Part shown: positions 58,073 to 64,000 of the stretch, one piece after another | How the letters are laid out: each line of letters opens with the position of its first letter | Position numbering within the stretch: position 1 is the first letter of the stretch | From: Anaerolineales bacterium UBA2181 | Lineage (GTDB): Bacteria > Chloroflexota > Anaerolineae > Promineifilales > UBA4811 | Assembly (NCBI GenBank): GCA_002328075.1 | Contig: DCVT01000022.1 | Span: 77,622-141,621 of the forward strand | Direction: 5' to 3' | Length of the DNA stretch: 64,000 nucleotides | The notes under the pieces: model-generated | Databases searched by the model: none | Told to the model about the DNA's origin: nothing | The model's input: the letters and a program-made list of their open reading frames with translations, nothing else | Position numbers and translations under genes: made by a program

Positions 58073-59167
58073 TTGAATCACCGGTTCATACATCTCTTGG
58101 CAATCCTCTTTCTGCTCTCCGGGTGCGGGCAGATGCTGCCCGCCACAGATCTGCCCGAAGCAGTGGCGCTGGATACAACCGCGGCAACCCCGGAACCGTC
58201 TCCCTCAGAGATGCCGGACCAGGCGGCGGAATCCCTTGTGCCCACGGAGCCGGCACTCACCGCGGTCCAACCAACCGAAACACCGGCCGTGAGTCCGAGT
58301 CCAACGAGGGCATCCGCCGTCGGGCAATTTACTCTCGTGGCGGACGGCAAGCCGGCGTCCAGCAGCTCCGAAGACACAAAGCTGTGGGCGACAGCCACCA
58401 CACAGACGGCCGCCACGCCCGGCGAAAACAGGCAGACTCCGTCGGCCACCTCCCAGCCGGCAACGCCCATCCCCTCAGTGGGTCAGATCGCCTGGACGGC
58501 GTCCGCGCCATCCGGCAGGTCAGTTTCCCTGGCGCGCATCGAGGACACTGATCCGGCGCCGCCTCTGGCCATCCTGGTCAGCACCGTCCGAGTTTTGGAG
58601 AACGGTTATTACCGGGTTACCGGGCTGGTGCGCAACGACGGAGAGGTGGCGTATGGCGGCATTGGCGTGGTGGGTACCTTTTTCACGGAGGAGCGGCCGT
58701 GTCGGGAGACGCAGGACCATTGGGGCCACACGGTGCAAGAGTGCCCCAATAACCGGTTTGGACCGGTGTCGGTCAATGCGGCTTGTCAGGTGTTGGCGCC
58801 CGGCGCCTCCTGCCCATTCGGCCTGGAGATCTATCCGCAGCCTTACATTGCCTACCTTCTTCACCCGGAAGGCAGCCCCATGGGGTACCGACAACCGGCG
58901 GGGGTGACTGCCAGCGTGGGTGGACTTGCCACCGACAACGCCGGCCGGGTCTGGATTGTCGGAACGGTCGCCAACCCCAACCCCTTCCCGGTGAACGGGG
59001 TGCGCGTTGGTGGGATGCTGCTCGACGCCGCTGGCGAGATCGTCAGCGTAGGGGCGGTTGCCATCGCGGGACATCTGGCGGCTGGCGCCAACGCCTCGTT
59101 TGAACTGCACCTGGAATACCGGCCGTATCGCACCTACCAGATCTTTTCCGAGGCCGTTCAGAACTGA
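58073..59167 (+). CDS. FxLYD-domain lipoprotein
   Basis: Lipobox LLSGC, Thr/Pro linker, two G.V.N...D..G Ig-like domains; AGGAGG before TTG. Confidence 0.75.
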   Translation: MNHRFIHLLAILFLLSGCGQMLPATDLPEAVALDTTAATPEPSPSEMPDQAAESLVPTEPALTAVQPTETPAVSPSPTRASAVGQFTLVADGKPASSSSEDTKLWATATTQTAATPGENRQTPSATSQPATPIPSVGQIAWTASAPSGRSVSLARIEDTDPAPPLAILVSTVRVLENGYYRVTGLVRNDGEVAYGGIGVVGTFFTEERPCRETQDHWGHTVQECPNNRFGPVSVNAACQVLAPGASCPFGLEIYPQPYIAYLLHPEGSPMGYRQPAGVTASVGGLATDNAGRVWIVGTVANPNPFPVNGVRVGGMLLDAAGEIVSVGAVAIAGHLAAGANASFELHLEYRPYRTYQIFSEAVQN

Positions 59168-59250
59168 CCATGACGAGTCATCGGAACCATATCCAGTCGT
59201 CGATGCGACCTACCTGCCGGTAGAACCAGAAGCCCGCTAGGAACACTGCG

Positions 59251-62124
59251 ATGCGCATTCTGTTTAACCTCTTTTCCCTCATCACCCTGGCTGCTCGGCG
59301 GCTCTGGAACCAACGCTTGCTGACGGCGTGCCTGCTGTTGGGCCTGGTGGCCGCCGCCGGCCTCCTCTCCAGCATCCCGCTGTATTCGGATGCGGCGCAA
59401 AACCGCTTGCTGCAGGGGCAACTGACGGACGCCGGTACGTACCGGCCACCTTTTAGTTTCCTCTGGCGTTATGCTGGTGCTTGGCACGGCGCTATCACCT
59501 GGGAAAACTACCTCCCCGCCAACGAGTACCTGACGGCACAGGCGACGTCCATCGTAGACCTGCCGCTGGATGAACAAGTACGCTACGTGAGCAGCGCCAA
59601 GCTTCGTCTATTTCCGGCCAAGGACGCGGCTTTTGTGCCAGACGAACCCCTGATCTGGGCTACCGTCGGCTTTATCACGGGCCTCGCCGACCGCATACAA
59701 ATAGTCGAGGGCAGCTTTCCTTCTGGTGGCGAGGTCGGCGAACCGGTGCAGGTGCTCATCGGCCAGGACACAGCCGATTTGTTGGGCCTGCAACTCGGCG
59801 AGATCTATGTGTTGATGGCCACCGGCACCAGCGGCGCCCAGATCCCGGTTGAAATCGCCGGCGTGTGGCGGGCCGTCAACGGCAATGACCCATACTGGTT
59901 CTACACGCCTGAGGCCTTTGACCTGGCACTGCTCACCAGTGAGGAGGCGTTTTCTACCCAGGTCACGGTCGCCCTCGACAAGCCGGTGGACACGGCCGTC
60001 TGGTACCAGATATTTGACGGCGTGACGATCCGGCCGGCCACGGTCAACGACCTGTTGGGTCGAATAGCCACTGTTGAGGCCCGGCTGACCGTCCTTCTCA
60101 ACTACACGGCGCTGGAGGCCTCACCGGTGTCAGCTCTGCAGCAATACGGTGACCAGGCCAAGCTGCTGACTCTGGTGCTCACCGTGTTTAGTCTGCCAGT
60201 GCTCGGTCTGGCGGTCTATTTCATCAGCTTGATCTCTGGCATGGTGGTGCAGAACAGCCAGAGCGAGATTGCTAACATGCGCGGCCGCGGGATCAGCCGC
60301 AGGCAGATCGTGAACCTGTATGTCCTGGAAGGTCTGCTGGTGAGCATCCTGGGGCTGGCCGGCGGGCTGCAGGTCGGCCGCTGGATGGCACAACTGATGA
60401 CCCGCGCCCGCACCTTTTTGGATACGGCGGTATTGACCGGTGGAGCGCACGAGTCTGTGGCCATCGTCACCACGTCGACGGCCTACGCGTATGCGGCCGT
60501 GGGCGTGCTGCTTACCATGGCGGCACTCATTATCCCCGCGCTGTCAGCCTCGCGCCATTCGATTGTCACGTTGCGGTGGGAACAGGCGCGCTCCATGCGG
60601 GCCCCGGCCTGGCAGCGCTACTACCTTGACCTGGCGATGTTGATTGCGCCGCTGTACGGCTGGTATCAACTCTCCAAACAGGGCACCTTGACCGTCGGCG
60701 CAGGGAATGATCCCTTTTCCAACCCGTTGCTCTTTCTGGTGCCGGTGCTCTTTTGCTTTGCGCTCGGCCTGGTGGCGGTCCGCCTATTCCCGGCGGTGGT
60801 GCTGGCGATGGCCTGGCTGGCGGCCCACCTGCCGGGCACCACGCTGCTTCTGACCTTGCGCCAACTAGCCCGCTCCACCTCCCAATACCTGGGCCCGCTG
60901 TTGCTGTTGAGCCTCACGGTCAGCCTGGCCACCTTTACCGCCTCGATGGCGGTCACGTTGGATAACCACCTGTCTGACCAAGTATACTATCAAGTGGGGG
61001 CCGACCTGAATCTGGCCGAACTGGGCGAGAGCACCGAGGAAGAGGAAACGATCACGCTGACCGGGGAGAGCAGCACGACGGCCGACGCGGCCCAATGGCT
61101 CTTCTTGCCGGTGAGCGACCACCTGGAGGTGTCCGGTGTTCAGGCGGCCGCGCGCGTTGGCGGCTACAGCGCGACGGCGAAAATCGGCACCCGTCGTTAC
61201 GCCGGGCGGATCCTGGGGATCGATCGGGTTGATTTTCCCAAGGTAGCCTACTACCGTCCGGATTTCGCCTCCAACGAGTCGTTGGGCGGGCTGATGAACC
61301 GGTTGGCGCTGGCATCCGACGCGGTGCTGGTGAGCACCGACTTCATGGTTCAACAGGGGTTGACGGTAGGCGATCCCTTACAGCTCACCGTGGGCACCAG
61401 CGGCCGGTACGCGGACGCCAGTTTCACCATCGTAGGTAGCCTACGTCTCTTTCCCACGCTCTATCCTCAGGACGGACCCTTCTTTGTGGCGAACCTGGAC
61501 CACCTCCACGACGCACTGGGTGGCACCTACCCCTACAACGTCTGGCTGTCGACCGAGCCGGCAACCGATTCGGTGGATGCTGCGACCGCTGCAACCAGCA
61601 TCGTGCAAGGGGTTCGCGACTTGGGGGTGGTGGTGGTCAGTGACCTGGATGCCCGGACGATCATTGCAGATTCCCAAACCCAACCGGAGCGGCAAGGGCT
61701 TTTTGGTCTGCTATCCGTCGGTTTCCTGGCCGCCGCCGGGCTCACCGTAGTCGGGTTTTTGGTGTTCGCCGTCGTCTCCTTTCGGCGGCGCCTCATCGAA
61801 CTAGGTATGTTGCGGGCGATTGGGTTATCCGTGGGCCAGATGGCCATCTACCTGACCGCCGAATCGGCCATCCTGATCTTTACCGGCGTGTTGACCGGTT
61901 CGGGGCTGGGTGTCCTGGCCAGCACACTCTTTATCCCATTCTTCCAGGTGGGGGAAGGCAAGACCGCACTGATCCCGCCGTTTGTAGTGCAGATCGCCTG
62001 GGAGCAGCTGGCATTCATCTGCCTGGTGTTTGGCGTCATGTTCCTGGTGGCAGTGATCGTGCTAGGCTTTCTCTTGGTACGCATGAAGGTGTTTGAGGCG
62101 GTCAAGCTGGGTGAAACCATTTAG
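59251..62124 (+). CDS. Large double FtsX-like ABC permease
   Basis: Two permease halves (EIA.MR.RG and ELGMLRAIG), each with an extracytoplasmic domain. Confidence 0.9.
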   Translation: MRILFNLFSLITLAARRLWNQRLLTACLLLGLVAAAGLLSSIPLYSDAAQNRLLQGQLTDAGTYRPPFSFLWRYAGAWHGAITWENYLPANEYLTAQATSIVDLPLDEQVRYVSSAKLRLFPAKDAAFVPDEPLIWATVGFITGLADRIQIVEGSFPSGGEVGEPVQVLIGQDTADLLGLQLGEIYVLMATGTSGAQIPVEIAGVWRAVNGNDPYWFYTPEAFDLALLTSEEAFSTQVTVALDKPVDTAVWYQIFDGVTIRPATVNDLLGRIATVEARLTVLLNYTALEASPVSALQQYGDQAKLLTLVLTVFSLPVLGLAVYFISLISGMVVQNSQSEIANMRGRGISRRQIVNLYVLEGLLVSILGLAGGLQVGRWMAQLMTRARTFLDTAVLTGGAHESVAIVTTSTAYAYAAVGVLLTMAALIIPALSASRHSIVTLRWEQARSMRAPAWQRYYLDLAMLIAPLYGWYQLSKQGTLTVGAGNDPFSNPLLFLVPVLFCFALGLVAVRLFPAVVLAMAWLAAHLPGTTLLLTLRQLARSTSQYLGPLLLLSLTVSLATFTASMAVTLDNHLSDQVYYQVGADLNLAELGESTEEEETITLTGESSTTADAAQWLFLPVSDHLEVSGVQAAARVGGYSATAKIGTRRYAGRILGIDRVDFPKVAYYRPDFASNESLGGLMNRLALASDAVLVSTDFMVQQGLTVGDPLQLTVGTSGRYADASFTIVGSLRLFPTLYPQDGPFFVANLDHLHDALGGTYPYNVWLSTEPATDSVDAATAATSIVQGVRDLGVVVVSDLDARTIIADSQTQPERQGLFGLLSVGFLAAAGLTVVGFLVFAVVSFRRRLIELGMLRAIGLSVGQMAIYLTAESAILIFTGVLTGSGLGVLASTLFIPFFQVGEGKTALIPPFVVQIAWEQLAFICLVFGVMFLVAVIVLGFLLVRMKVFEAVKLGETI

Positions 62125-62145
62125 AATGCCGTTCGAGGTGAATTG

Positions 62146-63549
62146 ATGGACAGTTCAAGAATGCGAGTGTTGTCGGTAGTTGGGCTGGGGCTGCTGGTGT
62201 TCGTCGGGTGCGCGCCGGCCGCAAGCTCGTCCTCGGCCGGTGCTCAGTCGGCTACCCCCACACCCTTGCCCACGCCGATCATACCGGTCAAACCAACCTA
62301 CACGGTTCAGGAGGGTACCGTGGTAGAGACGCTGAGCTTTACCGGCAGAGCTTCTCCGGTGCTGGAGCAGGCGCTCTACTTCGAGGCCGACGGCATGGTG
62401 GACCAGGTACTGATCAAGCGGAGCGATTGGGTTCAGGCCGGTGCCCTGTTGGCCGAACTGGACATCAGCAGCCTGGAGCGGTCCTTGGCGCAAAAGCGGC
62501 TGTCGCTGCAGACCGCCGAGATCAAACTGCAAGAGGCGGAGGAGGCGTTAGGCGAGAACTTGGCGCAGGCCACGGTGGCACTGGCGGATGCGGAGCGTTC
62601 GCTCAATCAAGCTCGTACCGTGGATACACAGATCACCCTGATCCAGGCAAACAACTCGCTGAATAACGCCATCTCGGCCCGGGACAGCGCCCAGGAAGCC
62701 TATGACACGGCCTGGGACCCGGCGCGGGACTGGGAACTGGGCGACCCGCGACGAGCGGATCGGCTGGTGGCCGAGCGCGAGGCGGCAACAGCGAACCTCC
62801 AGAACGCGGATAACAACCTGGTCCTGGCTCGACTGCAATACCGCCAGACGACGTTATCGGTGGAAGACCAACTCCGGATGCTGCAGCGTCAGGTTGAAAC
62901 GGCCGAGAGCACGGTGCAGAAATACGAAAAGGGCGTCGATCAGCAACTGACCATCGATATAGAAAACATCCGGCTGGACATCCAGGACATCGAAAAGTCC
63001 ATCGCTGCCTCCCGCCTGGTTGCTCCCTTTGGCGGGCAGATCACGTCGCTCAACCTGGACCCAGGTGACAGAGTAACCGCCTACACCGCTGTGCTGGTCC
63101 TGGCGGACCCGACCCAGCTCGAGATCACAGCCGAGCTGGGTAGCTCTGACCTGGCGGTGATGAGCATCAACCAGGCAGCGCAGATCACGCTTCGCAACCG
63201 CCCCGAGCAGGCGCTGACGGGAAGTGTGCGCCTGTTGCCCTATCCCTACGGCGGCGGCACGGGCGACACCACCAGCAGCGATACCGCGGTACACGTGGCG
63301 GTGGAGGGCGATGTACAACTATCAATGGGCGAACTGGCCACGGTGGTTATTGTGTTGCAGGAGAAGGAGAATGTCCTGTGGCTGCCCCCGGCCGCCATCC
63401 GCAGCTACCAGGGTCGATATTTCGTGGTGATCCAACTGGAGGATGGGCAAGGACAAAAACGATCGGATGTGTTGTTAGGAATCAGCACCGACACACGGGT
63501 AGAGATCACAGCGGGCGTCGAGGCCGGCCAGCTGGTGGTGGGCGAATAG
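62146..63549 (+). CDS. Efflux adaptor (MacA/HlyD-like) lipoprotein
   Basis: Lipobox VFVGC, lipoyl half-motifs, long coiled coil, APFGG.I and VLWLP..AI motifs. Confidence 0.9.
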   Translation: MDSSRMRVLSVVGLGLLVFVGCAPAASSSSAGAQSATPTPLPTPIIPVKPTYTVQEGTVVETLSFTGRASPVLEQALYFEADGMVDQVLIKRSDWVQAGALLAELDISSLERSLAQKRLSLQTAEIKLQEAEEALGENLAQATVALADAERSLNQARTVDTQITLIQANNSLNNAISARDSAQEAYDTAWDPARDWELGDPRRADRLVAEREAATANLQNADNNLVLARLQYRQTTLSVEDQLRMLQRQVETAESTVQKYEKGVDQQLTIDIENIRLDIQDIEKSIAASRLVAPFGGQITSLNLDPGDRVTAYTAVLVLADPTQLEITAELGSSDLAVMSINQAAQITLRNRPEQALTGSVRLLPYPYGGGTGDTTSSDTAVHVAVEGDVQLSMGELATVVIVLQEKENVLWLPPAAIRSYQGRYFVVIQLEDGQGQKRSDVLLGISTDTRVEITAGVEAGQLVVGE

Positions 63550-63566
63550 CCCGCCTGAGGACAGAA

Positions 63567-64000
63567 ATGGAACCTTTGATCACCTGCCATAATCTGGTCA
63601 AGATCTACAAGGTATCGGGCCTGGAGGTCGTTGCCCTGCAAGGGCTAGACCTTGCAGTGGAACGGGGCGAACTCCTGGCGGTCATCGGCGCCTCGGGTTC
63701 GGGCAAGAGCACGCTGCTGAATATCCTGGGTGGGCTGGATCGGCCCTCGGCCGGCCGCGTGGTGGTGGACGGCCGGGACCTGCTAAAGGTGCCCGACCGC
63801 GTGCTCGACGAGTACCGCCGCACCCAGGTCGGTTTCGTCTGGCAGCAGCCAGCGCGCAACCTGATCCCCTACCTCACGGCCCAGGCCAACATCGAACTGC
63901 CCATGACCATCGAAGGGACCGACCCGCGCGAAAAGCGTGGTTGGTCGCGCGAGCTATTGGAAACGGTCGGGTTGTGGGAGCGGCGCAAGCACCGACTGGT
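63567..64000 (+). CDS. ABC ATP-binding protein, MacB/LolD-like (partial, runs off the window end)
   Basis: MEPLITCHNLVKIYK...ALQGLDL, GASGSGKSTLL, VGFVWQ. Confidence 0.92.
   Translation, partial: MEPLITCHNLVKIYKVSGLEVVALQGLDLAVERGELLAVIGASGSGKSTLLNILGGLDRPSAGRVVVDGRDLLKVPDRVLDEYRRTQVGFVWQQPARNLIPYLTAQANIELPMTIEGTDPREKRGWSRELLETVGLWERRKHRL

Noticed and set aside
1-64000. CRISPR arrays, IS elements, integrases, tRNA/rRNA, compositional islands
   Set aside because: None recognised by eye; short or degenerate elements could have been missed.

Overview
This is a gene-dense, GC-rich (roughly 64% by eye) bacterial window with about 50 CDSs. The gene families, the many lipoproteins on Pro/Thr-rich stalks and the anaerobic enzymes suggest Chloroflexota (Anaerolineae-like); the taxonomy is inference. 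I found no rRNA, tRNA, CRISPR array, transposase or prophage gene. In order, the window holds: a LysM lipoprotein; a glycyl radical enzyme (GRE) with its activase; ychF; an MFS transporter; DUF885; a cytochrome c / ferric-reductase-like pair; a YhfC-ABC operon; a ThDP decarboxylase; arfB; arsR-arsM; a TPR lipoprotein; a LolCDE/MacB-like ABC next to an LppX/LolA-like lipoprotein; an AAC(3)/YokD-like acetyltransferase; an M24 peptidase; a lactate permease; a GAF-GAF-PP2C phosphatase; a DEAD-box helicase; a ~2115-aa tandem cyclase-STAND-TPR protein; an MttB/Lrp/class-III aminotransferase/Dpp-ABC/S9-peptidase cluster; and a MacAB-like exporter. The three best candidates for new biology are (1) a stand-alone GRE whose Cys loop reads GCVAC, lacking the eliminase Glu and carrying a second Cys; (2) the internally duplicated cyclase-NTPase-TPR protein with one intact and one degenerate cyclase, preceded by a small membrane-peptide gene; and (3) the non-pyrrolysine MttB plus GabT-like cluster, which suggests an uncharacterised methylated-amine catabolic route. 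Smaller oddities are a probable CTG start codon, a terminator hairpin in the DEAD-box leader, a leaderless uORF, and an orphan promoter with a structured downstream region. All assignments come from motif recognition by eye; no searches were run.
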